From NCBI GenBank assembly GCA_013239625.1, contig MU053216.1, forward strand, positions 560,001 through 624,000: a stretch of 64,000 nucleotides of DNA, given 5' to 3'. Each line of letters begins with the position of its first letter. Positions within the stretch are counted from its first letter, which is position 1. The translations under genes and the position numbers were made by a program. Below are positions 35,172-47,400 of this stretch, piece after piece. The notes under the pieces were generated by a model. That model saw only the letters and a program-made list of their open reading frames with translations, did no database searches and was not told the DNA's origin. This DNA comes from Lama guanicoe (taxonomy: Eukaryota).

Positions 35172-37865
35172 CTGAGGGGGAGGGGTGGTCAGAGGTGCCC
35201 GGGGCTCCGCAGGTGACCGGCCCCACCACGCCCCAGCCTGGCCCACTTGCTGAAACTGCGAGGAGCGTCCACCTAGACTTGCGTCCAGAGCACCCCCAGC
35301 CCTGCCTGGCTTCTGTGTCTCATGGCTCTGTCCTAGGGCTTGCCACGAAACCACAGACGTGAGGGCTGGAAGCGGCCTTAGCTAGGTTGATCTGGGGGGA
35401 AGCTGAGGTCCCAAGACAAGCACCTCAGCTGCTTTGGGAGAAGAGGCGGGTCTGGGGTGCATCCGGGCTGATGCCCATTCACCACCGGGTGCCTCGCTCA
35501 GCACGAGCCTTGCAGACGATACAAAGAGATGTCGTCAGGCCAGGCCCAGCATGTGCCGTGGGCCGGCCGGCTGCCTCCCAGGTTCTCACTCCAGCCTCGG
35601 GCAGGCGGAGCCCGGACTCCCCACGTGGGCGGAGTGGGGCTGGCCCGCGGGGCGCTCACCTCATGGCCCTGCTCAGCTTCTCGTAGGTCATGCTGCTGTT
35701 CTTTTTCTTCTGGCCCCACAGCTGGGCCACGGCCTCCGAGCGCAGGAACTTGAAGACACCCTCCTGCCGGTTCTCCCACTTCATGAGGCCCTCATTGAGC
35801 TCGGGGTGGATGAGGATGTCTCGGATGAACTCCCAGAGGTGAGTGCCCCTGGGGGCTGCCAGGCCAGGCTCCATCAGTCAGCGGCCCAGGGCACCCTCGC
35901 ACCCCACAGCCCCGGCCCTGCCCAGCCCAGCCCAGCACGCTGCCCGCGGAAGGCCGCCTCTCTCCTCCCCTCCCCCACTGGGCAGCACCACGTCTACACA
36001 GCACAGAGGCTTAACGCACTCAAATGTGGAGCGAACACTTGGCTGGGACGCGAGGGGCTGAAACACCGCACCGCCCTGAGGGGCCCACGGTCGGAGGCCG
36101 TGGTTGGAAGCAAGCCCAGCAGCAAAGTGGGGAGGGCGCAGGCCACGGACCACAGAGCTGGCCCAGGCTGGGGGCCGGGGTGCAGCTTCCAGGAAGAACA
36201 GCCCCAACCAAGGAGCAAAGGGGCCACGAGTGCACAAGCACAGGAAGCAGCCGCAGGGACCGGCCGCAGGCTGTGGTGGCTGCGGCCCGAGGCCCGAGGC
36301 CTGCGGGCAGGGCCGGTGGGGGAGGCTCCCCGCTCACCGTGCTTGTTCTTCTTGCTCTCCATGCACTCCCGGGACTCTTTGCTCAGCTTTCGGGGCCGGC
36401 CCCGTTTCCGCTTCCCATGCTTAAGGTCCCCCTTCTTGCAGTCAGGTAAGCCATCTGTGGGGGGCAAGGAAGGTCAGGAGAGGGAGGGGTGGAGGCACTG
36501 GGGGACAGTCCCTCCCCAGGAAAACCCCGCTTGAGAGGGGAGGAGGGCCAGCCCCTGGGCACTGGGCACTGGACCCCCGCGGCGGTCCCTCCCTCACCTC
36601 CGGAGAAGAGCTTGGTGTCAGGGGCGTCGAGGTCCACGTCACTTCCACCGGAGTCTGAGGCGTGGGAGCTCTGAGACGTACCTGTCCCTGGGGAGACGGG
36701 TCAGCGTGAGCCCCTCACCACCCGTACCGCTGCCCAGCCCGAAAGCCCAGTTCTCGTGCTGAGAGCAGGGCTCAGGGCATCTGGGGGAGGGGAGGTTGGG
36801 GGCAGACAGGGGAGGGGCTCACCTGTGGTGGAGACTTCGGAGCTGCCCGGGGAGGGGGCTCCCGCGCCCACGCTGCCCGGGTAGAAGGGGCTGGCCTGTC
36901 TGTAGTCCTCCAGCATCTCCTGGGCAAAGGGGCTTCCCTGCTCTGGGGGAGGAGGTAAGTTCAGCCGGTGCTGGGACTTTTCCAGCTGGGGGCTGAGGCA
37001 GAGCTGGGGCAGGACGGCTGGGGAGGGGCGACGAATTGGCTCTCACCAAAGGGGCCCTGGTCCCCAAGGGGCTCCTGGAGGGTCATGCTGTCCTTCTCCA
37101 GCAGCTCCATGATCCAGCCGAGCTCGTCAGGAAAGCTGGAAGCTGATAAGAAGGAGGTCAGAGCCCACTGGCTCCCTCCCTGCCCCCGGGGCCTCTTCAG
37201 GCTGCGCCCTGAGCTGGGCTGCAGGGCCTCCCGCAGGGAGGAGGGGACTCACTGAGGTCCCACAGCTGGGAGTAGAGCTGGTCTCCCAGGGGCCCAAAGA
37301 CGAGGCGCAGCTCCTCGGGGGCGCAGCGGCAGAGTGTGGCCCCGTCCATGTCGCAGCGGGACAGGTCGATGGTGCTGGCATCATACTTGTGCTTCTCCAC
37401 CTGGTAGCTGACCCAGTCCAGGACCTGGGCCTTGGACCACAGCTGGGGCTGCTCCCCTGACCAGCTGGCCTTCTCTGCAAGGGGCCGGTGCAGCGACGGG
37501 TCAGCCCCGGCAGGGGTTCCGCAAGGAACCCCACGTGCTCACAGCGCCCTGGCCAGCACCTCCCCAACTGGAGCCCCCAAGCCCCAACCCCCAGCCTCTA
37601 ACAGCACAGCCGGCCCTCCTCCCCGCCAGACCTCCATCCGCCAGCAGGCTCTCAGGTGGATGTCTCCCCTCCCCCAACGCCCCATCCTCTCGCAAGACCC
37701 ACCTGCGCCCTCCAGGGGCATCTGCGGGCTGCTCAAGGCCAGTGCCAGGTCGTCGGCCCCCAAGGCGGCAGCAGGGGGAACAGAGGCCAGAGTGGGGTCC
37801 TCGGAGCTGTACATCGTACTGAAGTAGTTGCTGAAAACGTTGCTGATCTCGCAGGTCGCAGCCAT
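35057..37865 (-). CDS. ELF3: ETS-related transcription factor ELF3 (ESE-1/ESX), full spliced CDS span, 8 coding exons, 1119 nt = 372 aa + stop
   Basis: Starts [15 protein letters not shown]. Contains the PNT domain ([22 protein letters not shown]), AT-hook KRKRGRPRK and ETS domain ([10 protein letters not shown]...[31 protein letters not shown]). Exons of 163+222+96+120+90+117+196+115 nt join in frame across GT-AG introns. Confidence 0.99.
35660..35855 (-). CDS. ELF3: ELF3 coding exon 7 (ETS domain, N-terminal part)
   Basis: ggcag|CC ... ATGAG|gtgagc; [65 protein letters not shown]. Confidence 0.98.
36338..36454 (-). CDS. ELF3: ELF3 coding exon 6 (AT-hook/NLS)
   Basis: cccacag|AT ... CACG|gtgagc; [39 protein letters not shown]. 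Confidence 0.97.
36598..36687 (-). CDS. ELF3: ELF3 coding exon 5 (Ser/Asp-rich SAR region)
   Basis: ctccccag|GG ... GGAG|gtgagg; [30 protein letters not shown]. Confidence 0.96.
36823..36942 (-). CDS. ELF3: ELF3 coding exon 4
   Basis: tcccccag|AG ... ACAG|gtgagc; [40 protein letters not shown]. Confidence 0.96.
37047..37142 (-). CDS. ELF3: ELF3 coding exon 3 (transactivation region)
   Basis: ttatcag|CT ... TTTG|gtgaga; [32 protein letters not shown]. Confidence 0.96.
37253..37474 (-). CDS. ELF3: ELF3 coding exon 2 (PNT domain)
   Basis: ttgcag|AGAAGGCC ... CTCA|gtgagt; [74 protein letters not shown]. Confidence 0.97.
37703..37865 (-). CDS. ELF3: ELF3 coding exon 1 (gene exon 2; exon starts at 37873, ATG at 37865)
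   Basis: tccccag|gtagcctcATG ... GGCGCAG|gtgggt; [54 protein letters not shown]. Confidence 0.97.
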
Positions 37866-38258
37866 GAGGCTACCTGGGGAGGGAGGGCGAGGCAGGTGAG
37901 GGCCAGGGTCCTCCCCTTACCCTCCGGCAGTTCTGCTCCAGCCAAGCCTGGGGCAGGAGTAACCCCAGGGGTGCCAAGGTCAACATCTCTTCAGGCACCC
38001 TCTCCAGGTTCTCAGACCCAGGGGCTGGGGCACAGGGCCTCCCGCTGGGCTCCCTCCTCAGCCCACCTGGGCCCATGAGTGGGGCCGGCAGTCATGGCCA
38101 CTCTGTCCCTCTCAGGGACAGTCCCGGGGCTCTTGGGCCCTCAGAACACCACCCTGGCCCGCACTCCTGCTGGGACTCTCCGCAGAGAGCTGCGGAGGGC
38201 AGGTTCCAAACACATCCACCAGCCCCTCCCAGGCTCCAAGGCCCGGCTGCAGTCCTAC

Positions 38259-38378
38259 CGAGCAGCAGCGGGTGAGGGTGTGGCCGGCAGGCAGGTTAAG
38301 GGGCAGCAGGCGGGAGAAATCCAGGAGGGGAGCTCCCAGGCCGCGCCGAGGTTCTGGCAGCAGCGCCCTAAGCAGGAG
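38259..38378 (-). other. ELF3: ELF3 non-coding exon 1 (5' UTR); TSS approximate
   Basis: Lies ~28 nt downstream of the TATAAA box, with donor CTCG|gtagga at 38257-38258. The TSS is inferred from TATA spacing. Confidence 0.7.
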
Positions 38379-38405
38379 CTTCGGCGCCCCGCCCCGCGCC
38401 CAGGC

Positions 38406-38498
38406 TTTATAGGCGCCCGGTAACCTGAGCCGCTGGCTCATTGGTCGAGGGGATTTCCTGGCCTCTAGACGGAGCTCCCGGCCCCAGGTGATTTGCAT
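38406..38498 (-). promoter_or_regulatory. ELF3: ELF3 proximal promoter: TATAAA (38406-38411), CCAAT (38440-38444), NF-kB site GGGGATTTCC (38449-38458) overlapping ETS CAGGAA (38455-38460), octamer ATTTGCAT (38491-38498)
   Basis: Motifs read directly from the sequence, in canonical order and spacing upstream of exon 1. Confidence 0.85.
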
Positions 38499-39172
38499 AT
38501 TTTGTGCCACTTGGCCGGGATCCAGGCCTTGGTGCTGGGAAATCAGGCCGGGCTGGTTTAATGATTGTCAGGGTCTGTCATCCGCACCCTCTGGGGTTGG
38601 GCACAGGGCAGTGGCCTGGGCGGGTGGCGCAGAGCCACTGGGTGGGCATCTGCTCTTTCGGCCACCCTCTGGCTCAGGAAATTCCTCAGGGGGGCCAGGC
38701 CAGGGATGGGCTGCTGCGGGGAGGGCAGGTGGGGATCTGGGTCAGAACTGGGTCAGGGAAGCTACTGGCCCCCATGGGCCTGCAGGTGTGAGGACGAGGG
38801 GACCCCGCAGAGAGAGAAGACATGGAGGTTTGGGGATTTTCCCACCCCAGGATTCAGGCCAAACGGGGCTCTGGACACCTGGGCTGCTGGGTGGGAGCGG
38901 CCTGCCAGCGTCGCCAGGGCCCCCGTGTCCCAAGCTACAGGGCCCACTGCTGGCATCTACTTTGCTGGCAAGGTCCCAGCATTCTTTGCCTGCCGGACGC
39001 CATCCAAGCATCATGGTTCTGCAGCCACCTCTGGGGCAACCTGGCTCTGCTCAGAAGTCCTTCCCAGCCCCGAGGAAGCCCCCCATGCCAGGGCTACTGG
39101 CTGGGATGCAACCCACGTAGATGTGTTTTCCCCCATGTCTGGCCTCATCTAATCTCCACCAGCACCTGCCTG

Positions 39173-39186
39173 CTGCCCTCTAGCGG
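39173..39186 (-). promoter_or_regulatory. Candidate CTCF site between the RNPEP 3' end and the ELF3 promoter
   Basis: Minus strand reads CCGCTAGAGGGCAG, close to the CTCF core consensus. Confidence 0.5.
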
Positions 39187-41005
39187 TCAGAAGCAAGGTC
39201 TCCGCCTGACCCTCACCAGAACCTGCCGGGAATGTGTGGCTTTCCCCATCTCACAGGTGAGGAGCTGAGTGACTCGCCCCGGCCACAAGGAGCTAGTTAA
39301 GTGGTGGGGCTGAGACGGAAGTCCCTCCTGTGTCTCCAGAGCCCTCGCCCTCCCTACGGGCAAGGGGACCCTCCCTGCCGGGTCCTCTCTGTGAACTCAG
39401 CACCAAACGCAAGGACGTGCCCTTGAGACCAGGAGACCCTGTGTGTGGGTGGCCCAGGGCAGTGGAGACGGATCCTGGGGTCTCTTCAGCTTCCCTCCCT
39501 GAAGACAAGGCTGGCTGGATTTAACAGTCCCCCAGATCGCTTCCAGATCTCGTTTTTTTTAACGCATCAAAGACGCAGGGTCTGACCTTCTCTTTCCCTG
39601 CCCTCTTCGTTCATGCCGCAGTCCTGGGCCCCTGGCCATACTCAGCCTCCTGAGTGAAAGATGACCCCACCCAGAGCCCCCTTCCTTTAACCCTCCGCAG
39701 TCTCTGAGGTTGCTGGGTGCTCTGCAGAGGGCACCCAGTCCAGGGCCCCTTCCCCTGGGCCCTCGGCGCCGCCCTCTGCCCAGCCCCTCGCCCTGGAATG
39801 CGGGAGAACCGGTCCAGCCCTGGGACAGCTCACGTGCTCCCTGGCCTGCGGAGAGTGCCTGGCTGAGGCCGGGCAGGGGGAGAGGGACGCGGAGAGGACC
39901 GGGAGAAAGGCTGGCAGCAGCCTGGCTTTGCGGGGCCTCGCGGGGCAGGTGGGGCGGAGAAGGGCTCCCCTGGGGCTGCCTCTCCTCCAGGGATCAGTGC
40001 AGCAGGTCGGGGGAGCCTGAGGTCAGGGCCTTGGGGTGAGGGGGGAAGGAGGCGGGGCTCCCAGGACCCCCTCCCACAGTGGCACAGGACTGTCGGGTGA
40101 CACCGGTGGTGAGTGGGCAGGCGGCACCGCTCAGGACCCCCAGCTGTGAAACTAGACTCCAGGTTCCCGCAGAGGAAGGGCTCCCACAGTGGCCCCTTCA
40201 CTGCTGCTGGGCTCCTCTGCACAGCCTGGCCAATACAGAATCAGAAAGGATGCCCAGTAGGCAGCAGGGAACTGTCCAGACAGCCCTGAACAGTCCTTGC
40301 CTATATCCCGTAGCGGGGAGCAGCCCCGACGAGCCACAGAGATGGTTTGCTGTCAGTGTCCCAGGGCCCTCTGTGCTGGGGACGCCCACCACCTGCCATG
40401 GGGTCCTCGCTCCCAGACCCTGTGCAGGGGAGGGGAGACCTTTGCTGACCACCTTGAAACAGAGCACAAGGGGGACTGGTTCCAGGTGCCCCATGTTTAG
40501 GAAAAGCAACTGAAATACATTTACGTACTTTGCAGCACCCCCTCACTCCACACCCTACACTCGTGTTGAACGCTTAGGTCCCCATGTGGAAACCAGGAAA
40601 TCAGAACTTGAGGCCAAGTTCTGAGCAGACTCCGTGTCTCCCCACACGACTGACAGTCACCCAGGACCTGGGTGGGGACTGGGGAAGCTGCACGGATGCT
40701 GAGAGCCAAGGCAGTTTATTTGCAGCGAAGGGAGAAGGAAGGGGTGCAGGGCTGCAGGCTGAGCGTCTCGAGAGCACAGGCACAGCTCCTGTGTGCTCTC
40801 CCCGCAAAGCCTGCCTGACCCGCGCTGCTCCTCATGTGCACGTGCGCGGGTGGGACCCCACCTCCTCCAGCCCCCTGCTCCCTAGAACACGGAGACACCA
40901 CCATCCTCTGGTCTTTCCCACCGACCTGCTCAGAACACTGGCCAGCAGAGGGGAACCCAGGAGAACGAAGTTCACAGTCACTTAAAGACTTTTCACTCAA
41001 AAATA

Positions 41006-41011
41006 TTTATT
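41006..41011 (-). terminator. RNPEP: RNPEP polyadenylation signal AATAAA
   Basis: tttatt on the + strand in an AT-rich patch, ~315 nt after the stop codon. Confidence 0.8.
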
Positions 41012-41326
41012 AAAATCATGATTAAACCTCAAAAAGGAATGCAGCGCTTTGCACAGTACTGAGAGAATCAGCAAAAAGAAAAGAAAATCCTTCTTGCTCC
41101 TCCTGAGACCCAGGTGGGGGGGAGACGGCCCCTGCCAGCGCCAGCGGCTGGGCCTGCCCGAGGGAACTGCCCTATGCGGTCCCCTGGTCTCAGGTCGGAG
41201 CAGAGGCCCAGGGAACAGGCTGCCTATCCTGGGGCTGTGAACTCACGAAGCTGGCGAGACCCGGCACTGGGAGCTATGGCTGCGGAGCTGCCAAGTCGGC
41301 CGAGGCAGAGGCCGTCGCGGGGGCCT

Positions 41327-41485
41327 CTAAGTGCCCGTGGGCGCCACGATCTGCTGCACGTAGTGGACCACGTTGCTGTGGAGCTGGGAGGCAGTGGCAG
41401 CAAAGGTCTCCTTGGCCAGGGCCCGGGCGGCCTCGCTGCCCCGCATCATGGCGTGGTACAGCGGGAGGGTGTACTTCTGCTTCCC
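41327..41485 (-). CDS. RNPEP: RNPEP exon 11 (last coding exon, TAG at 41327-41329)
   Basis: cttgcag|[55 protein letters not shown]. Confidence 0.97.
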   Translation of the reverse strand, partial: GKQKYTLPLYHAMMRGSEAARALAKETFAATASQLHSNVVHYVQQIVAPTGT

Positions 41486-44400
41486 CTGCAAGAGGCGCGC
41501 ACAGCCGTCAGCCCACCCAGGGTCTGTGCCCCAGCACTGCGCTCCTGGACCGTCGTGGTCACGTGCCAAAAGGGATACGGGTGCCAGCGCTGGAGCAAGG
41601 AGCGTCCCAGACGCGAAGACCAGCGTCCTGGGATCTCCTTGGAGGCCAAAGACCCGCATGGACGTCTCGGCACCCCCCCTGCCTGGGAAGGTCTATGCTC
41701 GACAAAACCAGTTTGGGGGCTTGGCACGTGGGAGAGACCCCAAACTCTCAGAAAGCTGTAAGTGGTCAGCCAGCAAGTCAACAGCACGCAGGAGAGGCCA
41801 CAGCCCCCAACACAGGACCGCATGAGGTCCTGCGGCAGCCAAGCACTGGAAAATCCACACGTTTGCACAGCCACCCCATAAGGTCCTAACCCCCAGAGGC
41901 TGGAGACCTGTGAACAGGTGCCTGCGAGCAAGTGTGGGAATCTGAACGCCGCTTTGTCCGCGGCCCGGCTCCCACCCTGCTCTGGAATCTCTGGATGCTC
42001 ATCCGGAGAGCCGGGCGGGCCCCTCCCCAGGAGCAGGAGCCTGTAATCTCCCCTGCATTCAGCTTGTCCCGGCCTCTCCCCAGAGACCAGCACCCTCTCC
42101 CCAGAGACCAGCACCGCTCACCCATGACCCTCCCTCTCCCGCCCTCCCAGCCTCGGGTCAGCACCGACCGGCTCTTTCCCCTCGGGCCTCGCCAGCTGAT
42201 CTGCAGAAAGTTCCCAGGCTGCGGCTCCTCTCCCCTAGGGCAGCCCCACCCACAGGACCACTGCTCCCCGCCATGTGCCCAGGGGGACCCGTAGGTGGGG
42301 GCACCCACCTGGCTCTGCAGGAATTCCTTCACTTTCCAGAAATCCTCCTGGTAGTCGTTCTTAAGGACAATCTGGCCCCACCGCAGCCGGAGCTCTGCGT
42401 TCTGGGAATTTGAGACCTTTGCATATGTCTCTCCAAGTCTTTTCACATTCCCTGGAGAAAAGAAACAGGTCATTAACGACTTCCTGGCAAAGCTGAGAAG
42501 GCCGGTGTCCGCCCAAGGCCCTCCGAGGGCACCAGCAGAAACTTCAAGGAGGCTTCCGACCACCCACCCGACTCGCCTCTTTGCGCCTAAAACGGTGACC
42601 TTGTCCCACACTTGCCGTGATTCCTCAGGTTCTTCCACCAAACTTCCCTTCGTGTTACTACGTATCTTCTGCCATCACCCGTCTTCCTTCCCAGATTAAA
42701 GCTCGTGTGTCCCTCTAAAATATCCTGCCCCAATTTTCCTCCCACCAGCAACCTGCTGAAAATCACCTTGGTTTTTCTAACCGTTTTTTAGAATTCACTC
42801 CTTGGTGAGTATTACTTCTGGTGGAGCAGAAGTGAGCGTTAGTGTTTAAGAGCTTCAGCCAAGTGGCTCCAGGCTCCAGGCCCCAGCCCCACAGCTGCTG
42901 GCTGCGTGGTCTGTGTCTGGGCTCACCCTCCAGCCCGGGGGTCACGGTCACAGCACCCAGAGTGGTCACAAGGGTCACGTGCCGTAGCAGACACGCGGCA
43001 CCTAGAAGGACCAGCTGCAGAAGCTGAGGGCGTCTTCCCTCTTTACAGAAGAACTGGGGGTTGAGCCCAGGACCTCGAACATGCTAAGCACGCACTCTAC
43101 CGCTGAGCTACACCCTCCCTGCTCGGACACGCTCCTTGCCGAGGACCTCTGCCCACCCCCCACTCCCACCCACAGCCACCTGCGGAGGCGCCTGTCTCCC
43201 TCCAGCGCCTGACGTAAAGCTGCGCATGCCAGGGGCCCGATTCACCGCTGAAGAAACAATCCACTCTTTCTCACCGGCGGGGAGAGGGGACTTCTGGAGA
43301 ACCTTATCCAGGAAGTAAACCAGCTGGTAGGTCTTCCAGGCAGAGATGGACACAGCGTCGATGGCCCTCTGGTCTAGCTCCGCGGTCGCCCACAGCTGGG
43401 CCAGCTCGTCAGCCGGCCTCATGAGGGAGTCCCCGGGAGAGAGGTCAGGGAGGTAGGGGGGCCAGCCCGGGGTGTTCAGCCAGTGATCAAACTCAAGCCC
43501 TGTTTGGCAGGAGGGGAGAGAGGCCAGAGTTCCCGGCAGCTCCAGGGCAGCTCACCCCAGCAGCTCCCAGGACCTCACCCTCTGCCTGCCTCTCCACATC
43601 CCAAAGGCTCCCTCTAGAACTTACACCGCTTCCTACACAGCCACCCGCTCTGCGGGGCCCTGCTTACAGCGATGCCCACACTGTCCCAGTGGACCCCACT
43701 GCCCCTTCCACTGTGAGGGTGTCCTGGGCCCCCAGTCATTTTGGTGCATCAGGACCACGGCATGGGTGCGGCCCAGCTCTGATGCCCGGAACCACCCGGT
43801 GCCAGTGCCCCTGGGCTCCAGGCCCCGCGGCCTGGGGTCCTGCCCCTGCTCTGCCCGACCAGCTGGGGGCCGTGCGCACGTTATGGCCCTCTCTGTGCCT
43901 CGGGGTGAGAGGCCCTGGCGTGGCTGGCAGTTGTGAGGATCAAACGCACAGTAAGAGTTTAGCACACGGCCTCGCAACTTACATGTCACGAGCTGCAGAC
44001 CCACACCCTACAACCAGAGGGCAGTGCCAGCAGGCTGGCCCGACCCCAGGCGGCTGGGGAGCCAACGGGCAAGCCAACCACGGAGCGGCCCAGGACAGGA
44101 CGCGCTCCAGCCTCCCTCAGGAAGCACAGGGACACACCGACCACGTGCGTCCAGAGACGGGAGTGGAAGAGGTGAGCAAAGCTCTTCGTGTCGAACAGAG
44201 CCCAAGACCCACGCTGGCCCCAAAGTGCCACTGCCCAGACCCCCACCCTTGGCACCAGGTCTCCCCAAGTGTGAGTCAGACCCTCCCTTGGCGATAACCT
44301 ACAAGCCAGGTCCTCTGCTCACCTGGGATGGAATCCACCCCCTTTTTCTTCAGCTCAGGGAAATATTCCAAGTAGAACTCAAGAAAGTCATCGGCTAAGA

Positions 44401-47400
44401 TACTTTGGAATTTAAATTCATCCACGTAGGCCTGTGAGGAGGGAGGCGTGTTCAGGCGCCCGGTCCGCAGGCCCCTCCTCCCCCCTGCTCCCCTCCCCTC
44501 TGAGCTGACTGCACCTTGAGGAAGCTGTCAAACTGGCCCTGGTCGCCCACCAGGTGGGCCAGGTAGGAGACGAAGCAGAAGCCTTTCTCATAGGGGGTCT
44601 CATTGTACGTATCGTCCGGGTCAACACCTGCAGGGAGAGATCCAGATGCAAAGAGCAGCCTCGGGAGAGCCGGGAGCTCTGCTTCCCAGGGATAGCGAGG
44701 GGACAGCGAGGCCAGGGAAGTCTCCAGACCCAGCTGGGCTTCGCTCCAGGCCCTTCGAGACGGAGAAGGCAGCCCCGGGGCCCCGGCGGGTTCCCTCATC
44801 CCCGAGGGCGCTGTGCTCGGTGGGCTCCTTTGGCCCTGCGCCTCCTCCAGCCCCGCTGGTCTCACGGACGCGCAGCCGCCCTCCTGGAGCCGCGGGGGTT
44901 CTACAGGCGTTCTAGACCAACACCCACCAACCACCCGCCTATGAGAAAGAAGTTCCCGCTCAGAGTCGGCAGAGCCCGGCACGTGAGCTTCAACTGCACA
45001 AAAACATTTAAGTCAGTCACACATGGAACTAACAAAAAATGTTAGGAAACAGAAATTCATGACCTCGGACAAGTCACTGAGCTCTTCTGGCGCTCAGTCA
45101 CCCCTCCGCCCAGTAAGGATAACGGGACGGCGGGAGTGGGGCGGAAACAGCCCAAGAGGGACGGGGACCCAGACCCGCGGAGTCACTGCAGGGGCTCCTC
45201 CCTCGAAGGCCAGCATCCGTGTGCTCAGAGCACATGAGAAGCTGAACCTGACGGGGGCCCCACCCCAACCCACCTGGCTCTATCTTCACCCGCAGCTTGT
45301 TCAGTGGGTGGTCCTCGCCCGTTAGGTCCATGTGCTGCCGAAGCAGAGCCCGCCCCGTCGCGGCTTCCAAGCAGGTGTACGCGGCCCCTGCACAGGAGAC
45401 AGCGGCTGGTGCCACCCCAGGAACGTCCTCCTGCGTGGCCCCGAGAAGTGGGGACCACGGGTGGGCAGGTGGGGCCCAGGCTCCCCCACCACACCTCTCC
45501 CTCCGACTGCGGCCTTCCCCAGCAACGTGTTCTCCTTTTTAGAGACGGTAACTGATCTTCCACAAGCGGAATGTTTACCCCGACTTCCTCTCAGACTGGA
45601 GAAACGTCAGCCAAGACTCTCCCGGGCCGCCTCCCTCCAGCTCTAATAGTCACTGAGGGGGCGGCGAGGGGAGGGGACAGACGTGAACCAGCCACCATCG
45701 CTCTCAAGAGGCCCTGACTCTGGGCAAGCGACCTGACCCCGCTCAGCCTCGGTTCCCTCATCTGCACAGTGGACAGAAACATCTGCCTGCAGGACTCTCG
45801 GCGGCTGCCTCAGACACTCACAAGGGCTCTGGCTGGAGCGAGACATCTCGACACACTTCCTGGGAAGCAGAGACAACGTGTGCCAAAAAGCCTTTGAAGT
45901 GTTCGGGTCCTGACATATGTTTCTAGGAATTTCTCTTTATTGAAATAGCCTAAGACGAACATAAAGATGTTTGTCTGAACACTATTTCATCGGAAAACTG
46001 AACACAACCTAACAACTGGAGAGCGAATAAATACAAAGTGTCCATGCTTCGCAGCTGCAGAAGAGAACGTAATGACCTGGGGAAACGTCCAACTTCATTA
46101 AGTTCGGGAGAAAAGGCAGTTGTAAAACCGTGTATGGTCTGATGATTCACAAACACGGAACGTCTGAAGGGACATCCACTGACTATCTCTGCATGGTAAG
46201 GTTACAGGTCAGTGTTCTGTGTGCCCTTTTCCATGTGGGGCAGAGAAATCAGAGACTACAGCTGCCACGTTGCTAAAGCACCTGACACGCGGTGGGTTTG
46301 CAGTCGAGACGGCGGTGAGGCTGAGCTGGGCTCAACCTGAGTTGTGTCCTCACCTGCCCCGCAGCTGGGGCGCGCTTCTTAGAGTCACGGTGAGCCGCGC
46401 GTTAACAGAAGCAGCTAGACCCGCTCCCCACGGCTGCCACAGAGTCGGCAAGCAGCGGGCACACAGGTGCCCGTGGCGGGGAAGGCTCACAGCGCTCCCG
46501 GGATCACTCACAGAATGAGCCAGCGTCCAGGTGAACAGCCCGGCGGCTTGGCCGGGTGTCGGCCGTTGAGGGAGAACAGGGCACCCAGTGGCTTCAGCAC
46601 CACAGAGGCACCTTCCCCGCTGTTCCTGGAGACAACTGTCCACTTTGGGCTGCCCTCTCCCCACAGCTCCCCTGACCAGTGACAGGCAGTCAGGGGGATC
46701 CGTTCAGGCAGAACTTCGGTCTCGAGTCAGCCCCGGGCCTCTCCCCCAGCTCTCTGCACTCCCACCGCCTCCCTCCGTGCCCATGCGGACCCCCAAACCC
46801 CACAAGGAGACGGTGCCAGCCTCGCAGGCCGGGGGTGGGAGGCAGGTCCGAGGAGGGGCTCACCAAAGAGGGTGGTGGAGATCCTCCTCTGGGCGTACAT
46901 GGTGAAGCCCTCATTCAGCCAGAACTCCCCCCAGTTGGCGTTGGTGACCAGGTTCCCGAACCAGCTGTGGGACACCTCATGGATGATGACGTCGGCCAGG
47001 GAGCGGTCGCCCGCCAGCAGGCAGGGGGTGACGAAGGTCAGGCAGGGGTTCTCCATGCCCCCAAATGGGAAAGACGGGGGCATGAAGAGCACATCATACC
47101 TGCCGGAGCGGGAGGTCATGGGAGGTCACGGGCAGCTCCAGGGCCACCCCGCCTCCGCCCAGGGCGTGGGCCCGGCCTGCTCAATGGGGACGTGGTCAGC
47201 CCTGTCACCCCGGCTCCCTGGGGCCCAGTAGGGCCTTGGGGACCTCGGGTCGGAAGATGGCAGAGAGGGAACGGGGTGTGGGGCTGTTCCTGCAGCGGGA
47301 GGTCACATCAGCCAACCCCCCAACAGCAAACCCCAGGCACCTTCCCCACACCCACAGCCCGCCTCCCCGAGCCCCTCCCGGACCACAACTCCACCAGCAG

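Noticed and set aside
35434..36534. 366-aa plus-strand ORF
   Set aside because: It is the antisense shadow of ELF3 exons and GC-rich introns, with no independent protein features.
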